DNA from: an uncultured virus (IMG/VR IMGVR_UViG_3300032167_007852)
Taxonomy: Duplodnaviria; Heunggongvirae; Uroviricota; Caudoviricetes
Direction: 5' to 3' (one strand)
Virus record (IMG/VR): IMGVR_UViG_3300032167_007852
Coordinates: 1-64,000 of that record
DNA length: 64,000 bases
Made by a program: the position numbers and the translations under genes. Shown here piece by piece: positions 41,193 through 51,668 of this stretch; the first letter of the stretch is position 1; each line of letters begins with the position of its first letter. A model generated the notes under the pieces. It saw only the letters and a list, made by a program, of their open reading frames with translations. It made no database searches and was not told the DNA's origin.

Positions 41193-41816
41193 ATGAAAAA
41201 ATTAAGTTTACAAGTATTAATGATGATATGTGGTATATTAGCTGGTATAAATGTATTCGCTACAGTAATAGGTGTATTATGTTTAGATCCAACTTTAATT
41301 GTATTCTATGGAATATTTGCAGCAATATTTATATTCGCTAATAGAAAACTAGTAGCAAAAGTTAAAGTAATAAAAGCTGAAGCACCTAAAGAAAAAGTTA
41401 AAGTTAAAAAAGAAAAACCTGTTAAAGAAAGAGTTACAATAACAGATAGAATCAATGCTAAATTTGATGAATGGGACAAAAAACTTGATAAAAAGATTGC
41501 AGAAGGAACTGATGAAAATGGAGAATATCATATAAGTGAAAAAACAGAAAAGAGAGCAGCATTTGCAGGTAAAGTAATTGGTGTTCTTATATGTATAGGA
41601 ATGGTAGTAGGGGGTATAGCTTTAATAGTATTATTATTTAACGTATTAGGTGCTGTAATAGCATTCTTATTTGACATATTATTTTACGTATTAGGATTCA
41701 TAGCAGCTATATTTATAATAGGTGGATTCTTAAGCTTCTGGTGGGATTTAGTTAAATGGGAACACGTATACAAACCAAGAGGATATGTAAGAGTTAGAAG
41801 AAGACGTAGAAGATAG
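41193..41816 (+). CDS. Multi-pass membrane protein with poly-Arg tail
   Basis: About four hydrophobic segments; ends RVRRRRRR. Confidence 0.75.
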   Translation: MKKLSLQVLMMICGILAGINVFATVIGVLCLDPTLIVFYGIFAAIFIFANRKLVAKVKVIKAEAPKEKVKVKKEKPVKERVTITDRINAKFDEWDKKLDKKIAEGTDENGEYHISEKTEKRAAFAGKVIGVLICIGMVVGGIALIVLLFNVLGAVIAFLFDILFYVLGFIAAIFIIGGFLSFWWDLVKWEHVYKPRGYVRVRRRRRR

Positions 41817-41909
41817 ATAATAAAGAGTTCTAGGAGGCATCTCTAAAAGCCTCCTTCCAATAGGATTTATATGATCCTTAAAATAATATAATTAGGTGGA
41901 GGTATTATT

Positions 41910-42080
41910 ATGTGGATAGTTGCGTTTTTAGTGTTATTATTAATGCTTGGTTTTAGAAATTTTATAAAATATATATTATATATGGTTGCTGCATGTTTTG
42001 GTATATTCTTAATATTTACATTCTGTCCGATATTAATGATACCTTTATTATTATGGGCAGCTTTTGGTTATTTATTTTAA
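41910..42080 (+). CDS. Small hydrophobic protein (56 aa)
   Basis: GGAGGT RBS; MWIVAFLVLLLMLGF... Confidence 0.65.
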   Translation: MWIVAFLVLLLMLGFRNFIKYILYMVAACFGIFLIFTFCPILMIPLLLWAAFGYLF

Positions 42081-42095
42081 TTAGGAAGTGATATT

Positions 42096-42245
42096 ATGAA
42101 AAAGAAATTAAATAGAATTGGATATGAAGTAGAAGTAATTCATGATGATTGGAAAGTTAATGTTATATATGCAGGTAGAATATTATATTTCTACCTGTTT
42201 GATAATGAAGTAGAAGCAATAGATAAATATAATGAATTTAATTAG
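42096..42245 (+). CDS. Small hypothetical protein (49 aa)
   Basis: AGGAAGTG RBS; fills the gap between neighbours. Confidence 0.55.
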   Translation: MKKKLNRIGYEVEVIHDDWKVNVIYAGRILYFYLFDNEVEAIDKYNEFN

Positions 42246-42258
42246 GAGGTAGTTATAT

Positions 42259-42411
42259 ATGATGAATGTAATGGTAATATTTGGAGTAGTTATAGTAGTA
42301 GAAGCTGTAGCAGTATGGGCTTTAGGAAAACTGTTTAAAAATTTAAACGATGAAGAACTTGATGTAGTTGTAAAAGCAATGCAAGAAGCACATTGTAAAA
42401 GATTTTGGTAA
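42259..42411 (+). CDS. Small single-TM protein (50 aa)
   Basis: AGGAGGT RBS; N-terminal hydrophobic helix. Confidence 0.65.
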   Translation: MMNVMVIFGVVIVVEAVAVWALGKLFKNLNDEELDVVVKAMQEAHCKRFW

Positions 42412-42492
42412 TTATAATAACAGGATTTATCCTGTTATTTTTTATATGTTCCTCAACATTAATATAATAAAATAATTAGGAGGTAATTAATT

Positions 42493-42675
42493 ATGAAAAT
42501 AGTTAAAAGATGTGCTTATATGATATATGAGGATGAATTAGTAAGAGATGATTTAATTCTTGAATGGGATGCTAAGCATTGGTGTAAACATTATAATGAA
42601 ATTAATGAAGATCGAATGGTATTTTATCAGGTTGTGTCTGATGAATATAAATTAAAACAAGGAAAGAAAAGATAA
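42493..42675 (+). CDS. Hypothetical protein
   Basis: AGGAGGT RBS; terminator follows. Confidence 0.7.
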   Translation: MKIVKRCAYMIYEDELVRDDLILEWDAKHWCKHYNEINEDRMVFYQVVSDEYKLKQGKKR

Positions 42676-42774
42676 GGGTGCTTCCTTATCTTTTTTTTGC
42701 TATCGTAAAAAGGTGTTATTTCAATTATATATTATAACAATGAAATAAAAATAAAAAATATTGGAGGTATTGGT

Positions 42775-43455
42775 ATGAAAAATTTAGAAGAATTAAAGAA
42801 AGAATATATGGAATGGCATGAAACATTTAGAGAATTAGGTTATGAAAGAGTTAGACATTTTAGAGAAGGTATGAGTGCATTAGAAGAAGAAATGGAAAAT
42901 GAACGAGCTAGGAAAGTAGAAGAGAAAATAGAAAAACTTCGAGAAGAATATGATGAATGGAAAGCTAAATATAATTTGTTCGATATAGCGTTAGAATGGA
43001 GTGTAGAATTTTATGGATTTGTTACGTGGGAGGATGAAAGACATTTCTATAGAGATTGGATGACAGATCATGAAACTAATAAGCATGTACAGGATTCTAT
43101 ACATGCTACAGATGAAAAAGAAGTTGAATTATTTATAGAGAATGCAAGAAAAGCATTAGAATCTATTGGTTATACACACGATTTTGATATTTATGAAACG
43201 CATGATTTTATAGATTATATTGAATATATAAATAGAGATTTTAGACATGACATAGAAAATGGATGTATGACGGTATTAGCAATGGATATATTAGAAAATA
43301 GAAAACTTTGGGTTCCTTATAGAGAAGGATTTAGTGATTGTCTAAAGAATGTTTCAGACGAAATAGATTCAACATTCTTACATTTCAATCTTAGTGATTG
43401 GGAGGAACCTGAAGGAGGTTGGTATTATGAAGAAGAAGATGATTATAATAATTAA
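42775..43455 (+). CDS. Acidic early hypothetical protein
   Basis: Early-promoter variant at 42719; GGAGGT RBS. Confidence 0.75.
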   Translation: MKNLEELKKEYMEWHETFRELGYERVRHFREGMSALEEEMENERARKVEEKIEKLREEYDEWKAKYNLFDIALEWSVEFYGFVTWEDERHFYRDWMTDHETNKHVQDSIHATDEKEVELFIENARKALESIGYTHDFDIYETHDFIDYIEYINRDFRHDIENGCMTVLAMDILENRKLWVPYREGFSDCLKNVSDEIDSTFLHFNLSDWEEPEGGWYYEEEDDYNN

Positions 43456-43531
43456 TACAGGGGTTACTCTGTATTAATTATTATATTTTTACCAACAAAT
43501 AAGTGTAAATACCATTAATAGGAGGTATTAT

Positions 43532-44351
43532 ATGAGTAAAAATAAAGAATTTTTAAATGAATATAAACCTATAGAAGAACGGGTAGGACAGATAGGTGTA
43601 AATAAATTAGGTGAACGTATGGAAATAATAAAATGTTATCCAGATTATAGAGTTGATGTAAAGTTTTTAGACGGAAATGAATGTATAATAAACATAAAAT
43701 ATAGTAACTTTAGAGATGGTATTGCAAAAAAATTATAACAGAGTAGAATACGGGTTTAATGGTTATGTCGGTAAAGGTCCATATATTACAGGTTATCGTG
43801 AAAACGGAAAAAAGTATATGACACCCGAATTCAATGTATGGTTAGCTATGCATAGACGTGCTGAAAATTATATTGGGAATAAACCATCTTATGCAGATGT
43901 TACAATTTGTAAAGAATGGTGGTGTTTCCAAAATTTTGCTAAATGGTATAACGAAAATAAATATACATGTAAAGAAAAATTATGCTTAGATAAAGATATA
44001 TTATTTCCTAAAAATAAGATTTATTCACCAGAAACATGTAGATTAGTTCCTGATAGTATAAATCAATTATTTAAGCAACAACCTAAAAAAGAGAATGAAT
44101 TACCTATAGGTGTATATTTTGATAGTAATAATAAAAGTAAACCTTATAGAACATGTAAATTAAGATATGTTAATAAAGATGGAGAGGTTCATTTAACACA
44201 AGTTTCAACCGAAACATTAGATGAGGCATTTAATATATACAAAAAATATAAAGAAAAATATATACAAGATTGTGCTGAATTTTATAAAGGAAAAATTCCC
44301 GAAGATATTTATGTTGCTATGAAAAATTATAAGTTTGATTTATATAATTAA
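43532..44351 (+). pseudogene. Free-standing HNH-type homing endonuclease split by a frameshift in an A7 run
   Basis: Removing one A at 43726-43732 fuses the two ORFs (...GIAK-NYNRV...); C-terminal part has CKEW..FQNFAKW...LDKDIL...YSPETC, typical of Firmicute-phage HNH endonucleases. Confidence 0.7.
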
Positions 44352-44364
44352 GGAGGTATGTAAA

Positions 44365-46791
44365 ATGGCTAAAAATAAAAAATTTATTGAAGAAACAATG
44401 CAAGTTGTTGAAAATGATTTGGATAAGTTACGTAGTGCACCATATATGTATATATCTCGTCTTGGAGAATTAGGAGCAATACATCTAGCAAAAGAATGTA
44501 TTAATAATAACATAGATGAATGTATAAATGTCAATTCACCAGGAGAAAATATATATTTATATTTAAATGAAGATACAAATACGTTTACGTCTGAAGATGA
44601 TGGTAGAGGTTTACCATTTGATAAAATGTTAGATGCGTGTACAAAATTACAGTCAAGTACAAAATTTAATAAGTTATATGGACAACGCTCAGCAGGAGTT
44701 AATGGTTGTGGTATAAAAGCTACAAATGCTTTCTCTAAATATTTTAAATTAGAAGTATATAAATTAGGAGAATATGGTGTAGTTGAATTTAAAAATGGTG
44801 TTCAAGTTCAAGATGGAACTGTAGTAAAATGTAAAGATAAAGAAAGACATGGTACGATAGTAACATTTACACCTGATGAAAAATATATGGGACCGTGTCA
44901 AATGAGGGGTGAGTATTTAATAGAATGGCTTGAAAATATAAAACATTTCTTAAATGACGGTATTATAATAGAACTTGAAATTGAAAAGAAAGGTAAAATT
45001 AAAAGATATACCTTTGAACGTAGTAAGAATGGTGTTGGAGATTTATTAGTTGAAATGTCTCCTAAAAATAATACAAATATAACCAGAGCTTCAGGTTTAG
45101 CAAAAGTTGAAGAAGAGGTTAGAATAATTAAACCTGGTGGTAAAGTTGAAGAAAAAATGATGCCTAGAGAATTAGAGTTAGAATTCGCATTTGCTTTAAA
45201 CGTGAATTTATTAGAAACTCAAGCCAAATCTTTCTGTAACTTTGTATATACAGAAGATGGTGGGGACCATTTAAATGCAGTAGTTACAGCAATATGTGAA
45301 TATCTAAGTAGAAAAACTAGAGATATATTAACAGATAAAGAAAAAGAAAAATATAGTATCATATATAACGATATCACATCTTGTTTGGTGGTTGCATTAA
45401 ATATAAGTACATCTATGGAAGTTAGATTCACATCGCAAACAAAAACAAAAATAGAAAATGCTAAGATGGTTAAACCATTAAAAGAAATAGTAAGATCTCA
45501 GTTAACAGTATTCTTTGAGAATAATCCTAAGGAACTTAAAACATACACAAATTTAATTAAAGCAAATGCTAAAGCAAGATATGAATCTACAAAAGCAAAA
45601 CAAGCAGTAATTAAAAGAGAAGTTGGAGCAGTTGCAGAACATTCAATACCAAATTATTTCCCTGCAAATAAGAAAGGTAAAAAGGATTATAGAGAGTTAT
45701 TTATATTTGAGGGGTTATCAGTTAAATCAAATGGTACACAAGCAAGAGATGCAGATTATCAAGCAATGTATACAATGAGAGGTGTTCCAGGAGAAGCATA
45801 TACAATGAGTAGTAATGATGTATATACAAAGAATGAAACATTTAAGAATTTAACAAGAGCAATTAATGCAGGTATTGGAGATAATTTTGACGTAAGTAAA
45901 TGTAGATTTGATAAAGTGATAATGTGTAGTGATGGAGATGTAGATGGATTCTATATCTTCTCATTATTAGGTGGATTCTTCTTAAAACATATGCCTGATT
46001 TAATATATGATGGGAGATTATATTTATCAGTTCCCCCATTATATAAAATAAAAGATAAGAAAACTCCATTCGTAACAGATAAAGAACAATATCAAAATGT
46101 ATATTTTAGAAATATCTTAGATAAATATACATTACAAGAAGATGGAGGAAAAGAATTAACTAAGAGAGAAATGTTAGAATTTTTACAATTAAATCAATAT
46201 TATCTTGATGAATTAAATAGATGTAAAGATCATTATAGTGCAAATTCGACATTAATAGAATATGTTATAAAATATAAAAATGATAAAAACTTTAAGAAAA
46301 ATATGGCTAAGAAATTCCCAGAGATAAAAATTGAATTTGATAAAGATAATAAAACTGACATGATAGTTGAAGGAATATATGAGGGGGCATATCAAATATT
46401 TACAGTTGATAGATTATTTGATAAGAAAACGGAAAAACTTAAAGATCTTATGGATAAAAATAATAGTCAATATTATAAAGTGGTTGAAAAATATAAAGAT
46501 GGAAGAGAATTTAGAGGGAAACTTAGTATTGGTGAATTCTTACAATTAACAGTTAAGTTACAACCAGGAATAGATTTAAGATATAAAGGGTTGGGGGAAC
46601 TTTCGAGCGTAGATATGTGGGAAACAGTAATGAACCCGGAGAAAAGAACATTAATTCAATTAACAGTAAGTGATTTAATGGAAACGTATAAAATGTACGA
46701 CAAACTATTAGGAAAAGGTAAATCTAATATGGAGAGTAGAAGAAAATTAGTTGAAGAATTAAAACCTTCAAGGGATATCTTTGATAACTAA
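44365..46791 (+). CDS. gyrB: Type IIA topoisomerase B subunit (GyrB/ParE-like)
   Basis: ECINNNIDE, DDGRGLP, GVNGCG (GHKL ATPase); FEGLS and DGDVDG (TOPRIM); RYKGLGE. Confidence 0.93.
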   Translation: MAKNKKFIEETMQVVENDLDKLRSAPYMYISRLGELGAIHLAKECINNNIDECINVNSPGENIYLYLNEDTNTFTSEDDGRGLPFDKMLDACTKLQSSTKFNKLYGQRSAGVNGCGIKATNAFSKYFKLEVYKLGEYGVVEFKNGVQVQDGTVVKCKDKERHGTIVTFTPDEKYMGPCQMRGEYLIEWLENIKHFLNDGIIIELEIEKKGKIKRYTFERSKNGVGDLLVEMSPKNNTNITRASGLAKVEEEVRIIKPGGKVEEKMMPRELELEFAFALNVNLLETQAKSFCNFVYTEDGGDHLNAVVTAICEYLSRKTRDILTDKEKEKYSIIYNDITSCLVVALNISTSMEVRFTSQTKTKIENAKMVKPLKEIVRSQLTVFFENNPKELKTYTNLIKANAKARYESTKAKQAVIKREVGAVAEHSIPNYFPANKKGKKDYRELFIFEGLSVKSNGTQARDADYQAMYTMRGVPGEAYTMSSNDVYTKNETFKNLTRAINAGIGDNFDVSKCRFDKVIMCSDGDVDGFYIFSLLGGFFLKHMPDLIYDGRLYLSVPPLYKIKDKKTPFVTDKEQYQNVYFRNILDKYTLQEDGGKELTKREMLEFLQLNQYYLDELNRCKDHYSANSTLIEYVIKYKNDKNFKKNMAKKFPEIKIEFDKDNKTDMIVEGIYEGAYQIFTVDRLFDKKTEKLKDLMDKNNSQYYKVVEKYKDGREFRGKLSIGEFLQLTVKLQPGIDLRYKGLGELSSVDMWETVMNPEKRTLIQLTVSDLMETYKMYDKLLGKGKSNMESRRKLVEELKPSRDIFDN

Positions 46792-46805
46792 AAGGAGGTA
46801 AATAT

Positions 46806-49205
46806 ATGAGAAAAGATGAATTTAAATTTAAAGAAAATGTTACAGAAATGGAATTAAAGGATAAGGCGTATGATGCTATTAGCATCTACGCCCCTAATAA
46901 AAATTTATATAGACATATACCATCAATGAATGACGGATTGTTGCCAGGTGAAAGAAGATTGCTTTATAGTATGTTCCATGATGTTAAAGCTTATCCTTGG
47001 GCGAATTATAAAAAGATGGCTTTAGCAATAGGGGCTACAATGACAAGACATCCGCACGGTGATGTAAATATTTACAACACAGCAGTTAAATTAGCTAGAC
47101 CTTGGGAGAATGCATGTGAGTTTATAGATGGATCTGGTTCTTATGGTAATATAGTTGGGGATGAAGCAGCCGCTAGTCGTTATCTTGAACTTAGATTGAG
47201 CAAGTTTGCTTATAAATGTTATTTTGAAGATTTTGATGAAGATTTAGTAGAAATGAAACCTGGTTTTATAGAAGGTATATATGAGCCAGAATATCTACCA
47301 TCAAGATATCCAATAGCTCTTACAAAATCAAATAAAAGTATAGGCTATGGGGCTTATTCACAATATCCAAATTACAACTTTAAAGAGTTGGTTGAGTTTA
47401 CATTAAAACTAATGGATAATCCATCATATGACAAATTATTATATCCTGACATTCCTAATAATTGTGAGATAGTAGATGACGGACAATTTGATGAAATAAG
47501 AAGAACTGGTAAGGGAAGCTTTAGAATGAAATCTAAAGTTAATATAAATTATGAGGAATGCAAGATAGAAGTTTTATCAGTACCTCAAGGAACTAACCTA
47601 GCTGCTATAACAGAAAAAGTTGTAGAAATGGGTAAATCAGGAGAGTTAGTCGGATTTATTGATGTTCATAACATAAACGATCAGAGACATAATAAAAGTA
47701 AAAAGAAAAAAGGTGAAGAAGGTAAATTAAGTATAGAAATATTATTTAAACCAGGTAGTGATTTAGATAAAAATTTAGATTTGTTATATAAGAAAACAAC
47801 AATGTTATCTACAGCTAGTTATGACCTTACATTAATAGATGAATATTGTTCTAAGCATTATACAGTTAGAACTTTATTATTGGATTGGATAGCATTTAGA
47901 AGAGATATTAAAAGAAGACAGATAAATAAAAAGATAACTAAGAAGATGGAAAGAAAACATATCTTAGAAGTTCTAATATTTATAACAAATGAAAAGAATG
48001 GTAAAACTACGATATCATTAGCAACTAAATCTGAAAATACAGAAGAATTCCAAAGTAAATTAGTTTCAACGTTTGGTATATCAACATTACAAGCAAACAA
48101 TATTGCTAAGATGCGAGTAACAGCATTTAACAAAGAAGCCCATAGAAAATATAGAGAAGAATTAGAAGAAATCAATAAAGAATTGGATGAATTATTAGTT
48201 ATAACAAAATCATCTAAATTGATAGATAATATAATCAAAGATGAATTAAAAGAAGGTATAGAATTATTTAGTAGACCAAGAAGCAGTGATATAGTAACAT
48301 TTGGTGATAGTAAGTTTATACCTGATTCAGATCATAAGATAGTGATAACTAAAAATGGTAGAATAAAGAAATTAGATGCGAATGTAAATGGAATAGGTCA
48401 GTTAGAAGATGGTGATAAAGGTAAAGATTTATTCCCAGTAAATAATAGAGGCAGTATATTAGTGTTTGACAAAAGAGGTAATATGAGTAATATAGATGTA
48501 AATGATATAAGTTCAACTCCAATAGATAGTGGTGGAATTGATATATCCACAATGGTTACAGTAGCAGGGAATATAGTAACATCATTCCCTAAACCACCAG
48601 AAACTATTAAAGATGAAGAGGTATTCTTAGTATTAACAACTAAGAAAGGTTTAAGTAAGAAATTAAGTTATAAGAATTTCCAAAAGATAAGAGGAACAGT
48701 AACAGCTATTAAATTAGCAGACGATGATGAATTAGTTTCAGTTGACGTATTATTTGGAAAGAAAGATATAGTTATATATACAAAAGAAGGTGGAGCTATA
48801 AGAATAAGTACAGATGATATAAGAGAATGTGGTAGAGCTGCTTATGGTATAGTTACAATAGATTTAGCAGGTAATGATGAAGTTGCAGGAACTGCTATAA
48901 TAAATAAGAATCATAAATATATAGTAGTATTAACTTCAAAAGGTAAAATGAAATTATGCAACTTAAATCAATTTAAAACAATGAAAAGAAAATCTCCAAC
49001 ATTACAATTAACTAGATTGGAGAAAAATGAAGTTGTAGTTTGTGTTAAATCAGTTAAGATGACAAATAGAGTAATGGTTTATACGCAATTTACAGAAAAC
49101 GAATTTAAAGTAAAAGATATTCCAGAATTAACAAGAAATCATCCTTGTAAGAAAATGGTAACATTAAAGAATAAGGATATTGTTCTGGAATTAGTTGTAG
49201 AATAG
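46806..49205 (+). CDS. gyrA: Type IIA topoisomerase A subunit (GyrA/ParC-like)
   Basis: DGLLPGERR, HPHGD, AAASRY catalytic Tyr, beta-pinwheel C-terminal repeats. Confidence 0.93.
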   Translation: MRKDEFKFKENVTEMELKDKAYDAISIYAPNKNLYRHIPSMNDGLLPGERRLLYSMFHDVKAYPWANYKKMALAIGATMTRHPHGDVNIYNTAVKLARPWENACEFIDGSGSYGNIVGDEAAASRYLELRLSKFAYKCYFEDFDEDLVEMKPGFIEGIYEPEYLPSRYPIALTKSNKSIGYGAYSQYPNYNFKELVEFTLKLMDNPSYDKLLYPDIPNNCEIVDDGQFDEIRRTGKGSFRMKSKVNINYEECKIEVLSVPQGTNLAAITEKVVEMGKSGELVGFIDVHNINDQRHNKSKKKKGEEGKLSIEILFKPGSDLDKNLDLLYKKTTMLSTASYDLTLIDEYCSKHYTVRTLLLDWIAFRRDIKRRQINKKITKKMERKHILEVLIFITNEKNGKTTISLATKSENTEEFQSKLVSTFGISTLQANNIAKMRVTAFNKEAHRKYREELEEINKELDELLVITKSSKLIDNIIKDELKEGIELFSRPRSSDIVTFGDSKFIPDSDHKIVITKNGRIKKLDANVNGIGQLEDGDKGKDLFPVNNRGSILVFDKRGNMSNIDVNDISSTPIDSGGIDISTMVTVAGNIVTSFPKPPETIKDEEVFLVLTTKKGLSKKLSYKNFQKIRGTVTAIKLADDDELVSVDVLFGKKDIVIYTKEGGAIRISTDDIRECGRAAYGIVTIDLAGNDEVAGTAIINKNHKYIVVLTSKGKMKLCNLNQFKTMKRKSPTLQLTRLEKNEVVVCVKSVKMTNRVMVYTQFTENEFKVKDIPELTRNHPCKKMVTLKNKDIVLELVVE

Positions 49206-49288
49206 ATACTTCGGTATCTATTCTTTTTTACCTCAACTGAAACAAATCATTAATGATTGAAATATATAACAAAAAAGAAGGTGATAAC

Positions 49289-49672
49289 ATGGATATTGAA
49301 AGAATATATGAAGCGTATGACAGTACTATATTAGAAGAATTTAGAAAACAAAAAGAATATATAAAAGCTGACATGATGCGAAATGATTTCTATAGATATT
49401 TAAAACAACAATATCCTGATTTTGATAAAAAAGAGTTCACAAATGCTAAAAACAAAGAAGACGCCAAAGCAGTTGCTGATAAATATCAAGATGACTTTCA
49501 AAGGTTTATAAAACAACAGCCTAAGAAATTTATACCATCCGCAATACGTTGGGGATTAATAGCGGCTGACTTTACAGGACTTATACCTAAAGATGTTACT
49601 AACAAAATGTATAAAATAATGTTAGCAGATGATATTCAATATTACGGTAGAGAATTAAGTAAAGGATTTTAA
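49289..49672 (+). CDS. Late protein, paralog A (possible internal head protein)
   Basis: Shares IYxAYxSTILE and EFxNAK...A.KY..DF with the next gene; late-promoter motif at 49241. Confidence 0.7.
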   Translation: MDIERIYEAYDSTILEEFRKQKEYIKADMMRNDFYRYLKQQYPDFDKKEFTNAKNKEDAKAVADKYQDDFQRFIKQQPKKFIPSAIRWGLIAADFTGLIPKDVTNKMYKIMLADDIQYYGRELSKGF

Positions 49673-49689
49673 AGAAGGGAAGTGTTAAC

Positions 49690-50145
49690 ATGGATAATTT
49701 TAAAGAATATGTAGAAGAAAGAATGGAAAATATATACGGTGCTTATAATAGCACTATATTAGAAGCACATAAAAGTGAATCTGATAAAATGAATAAATCG
49801 AAATTTAAGTTTGCATTTATAAATTATCTTGTATATAAATATGAAGACAAAAATATAAAATATGAATTTAGAAATGCTAAAACTGATAAAGAAAGAGAAG
49901 CCTTAGCTAAAAAATATGCCAAAGATTTCGAAGAATGGAGAAAGCGTCAAAGTGGTGTAATGAAAATACTTGCTGTTGATGCTGCTTCTTGTGGCTTAAA
50001 TGCAGCTGGTATCATGAGTGCTGGAGCAGCCAATCTGATAGGATTATTATGTTGGGGTGCACTTTTCAAAACATTCCATAATGATTATAAAGCTAGAGAC
50101 AATGCTAGGGAGGAAAAATATCTTAAAGAAAAAAATAAAAAATAG
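49690..50145 (+). CDS. Late protein, paralog B (possible internal head protein)
   Basis: Same motifs as paralog A; Gly/Ala-rich hydrophobic C-terminal segment. Confidence 0.7.
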   Translation: MDNFKEYVEERMENIYGAYNSTILEAHKSESDKMNKSKFKFAFINYLVYKYEDKNIKYEFRNAKTDKEREALAKKYAKDFEEWRKRQSGVMKILAVDAASCGLNAAGIMSAGAANLIGLLCWGALFKTFHNDYKARDNAREEKYLKEKNKK

Positions 50146-50157
50146 GGGGCTGAAATC

Positions 50158-50841
50158 ATGCAATTATTTTTAACAAGCGTTTCAAGTGGAGTTGAATCCA
50201 TAGATTATTTAAAGGAGAATATAAATAGTCAAACTCAATTAGTGGTTCTTCCATTTGCAAATCATTTTGAGTATTTAAGGTGTGCTGAAGATATTTATAA
50301 ACGTTTTGACAGAAATCCATTTAATAAGGAATCTATATTTTGGAAAACTATAGAACCTTTTGTTAATATAGGTATAAATCCTGATAGGGTTGTAGTTATT
50401 AATAGATTTACAGATTCTATAGGATTAATAAAACATAAACTTCTTGCAGATAATACGATAGTTTATCTACCAGGAGGATTTCCAGAAAATATAGTAAAAA
50501 TATTAAAAGAACTTAAATTAACCAACATGATAAAACAATGTAAAATAGTTGTAGGGGAATCGGCTGGATCTATGTTTTGGAGTAGAAGATTTTTCGTATA
50601 TCCTGATAATGATTATGCTGGATATAAGTGCTTTAGGGGAATAAGATTTATAAAAGATTTTGTAATCTTACCACATTACAATCCTTGGGATATTGAGCAG
50701 AGAAATAAAATTTTAGAATCTGCTAGAAGATTTAAATTGTTTCACAGGGAAAAGGTTTATCTAATAAGCGATGGTGGTTGGGTATGGTATGATTCAGAAT
50801 CTGGAAAGATAGTAAAATTTGCATTTTGTAAAGTTATGTAG
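50158..50841 (+). CDS. Peptidase E-like (S51, class I glutamine-amidotransferase-like fold)
   Basis: YLPGG, GESAGS nucleophile elbow, LPHY. Confidence 0.8.
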   Translation: MQLFLTSVSSGVESIDYLKENINSQTQLVVLPFANHFEYLRCAEDIYKRFDRNPFNKESIFWKTIEPFVNIGINPDRVVVINRFTDSIGLIKHKLLADNTIVYLPGGFPENIVKILKELKLTNMIKQCKIVVGESAGSMFWSRRFFVYPDNDYAGYKCFRGIRFIKDFVILPHYNPWDIEQRNKILESARRFKLFHREKVYLISDGGWVWYDSESGKIVKFAFCKVM

Positions 50842-50944
50842 AATAGATACCTAAGGTATCTATTCTTTTATTGCAATTTATAGAATTTCGATACCATATT
50901 ATAATAGTGAAATACAATATTAATATAATTTGGAGGTAATGTTT

Positions 50945-51583
50945 ATGTTTAAAAAATTAAAAGGAAAAGTTGAAAGTAGTATATTATATAGTAGAATAGA
51001 GGCTGAAATGTCTAGAGTAACACATCCAGTTAAAAATAAAATTAAAAAAGAAATAGCATATGCTAAAGAACATCCTGTTAAAGCGACAGTGAATGTTGCA
51101 ACAACTGCATTAAAAGTATATGCTACAGCACAAGCAACAACTTTACCAAATTGTAGAATGTTATGTTCATTAAACAATGAAACTGCAGAATCTGCTAAAA
51201 CTGTAGTTAAAAAATATGTTAGCGTTTTTGGTGTTAACTATGCAGCAGAAAAATTAAACGATTATAATAATAAACTAAATAATAAAAATTCTAAGTTTAA
51301 TGCGGTCAATAATGTTTTAATAACACATACAATAACAAATGTTTATAAATGTGGGAATAATGTGAGTACAGCAATTTCATGGGAAAATCAATTTCCAAAT
51401 AAAAATAAGATATTTGCTACAAAAGAATTGCTTAAGACATACCCAGCTATTTATGTTCCAGAACTAATAGATGTTACAATTAGCACAGCCGCTTATAGTG
51501 TAAACAAATCAGTCAAAGATAAAAAAGATGAAGAAAGTGATATAGATTTTGATAAATTATTACCTTTCTTTAATAATAATTAA
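50945..51583 (+). CDS. Early hypothetical protein
   Basis: Early promoter at 50886; GGAGGT RBS. Confidence 0.7.
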   Translation: MFKKLKGKVESSILYSRIEAEMSRVTHPVKNKIKKEIAYAKEHPVKATVNVATTALKVYATAQATTLPNCRMLCSLNNETAESAKTVVKKYVSVFGVNYAAEKLNDYNNKLNNKNSKFNAVNNVLITHTITNVYKCGNNVSTAISWENQFPNKNKIFATKELLKTYPAIYVPELIDVTISTAAYSVNKSVKDKKDEESDIDFDKLLPFFNNN

Positions 51584-51668
51584 AGATAGCTTATAAGCTA
51601 TCTTTTTTTCTATGTCCCGAAACAATTGACTAAGAACTGTTTTGAATTTAATGAGAGGAGTGATTTAA

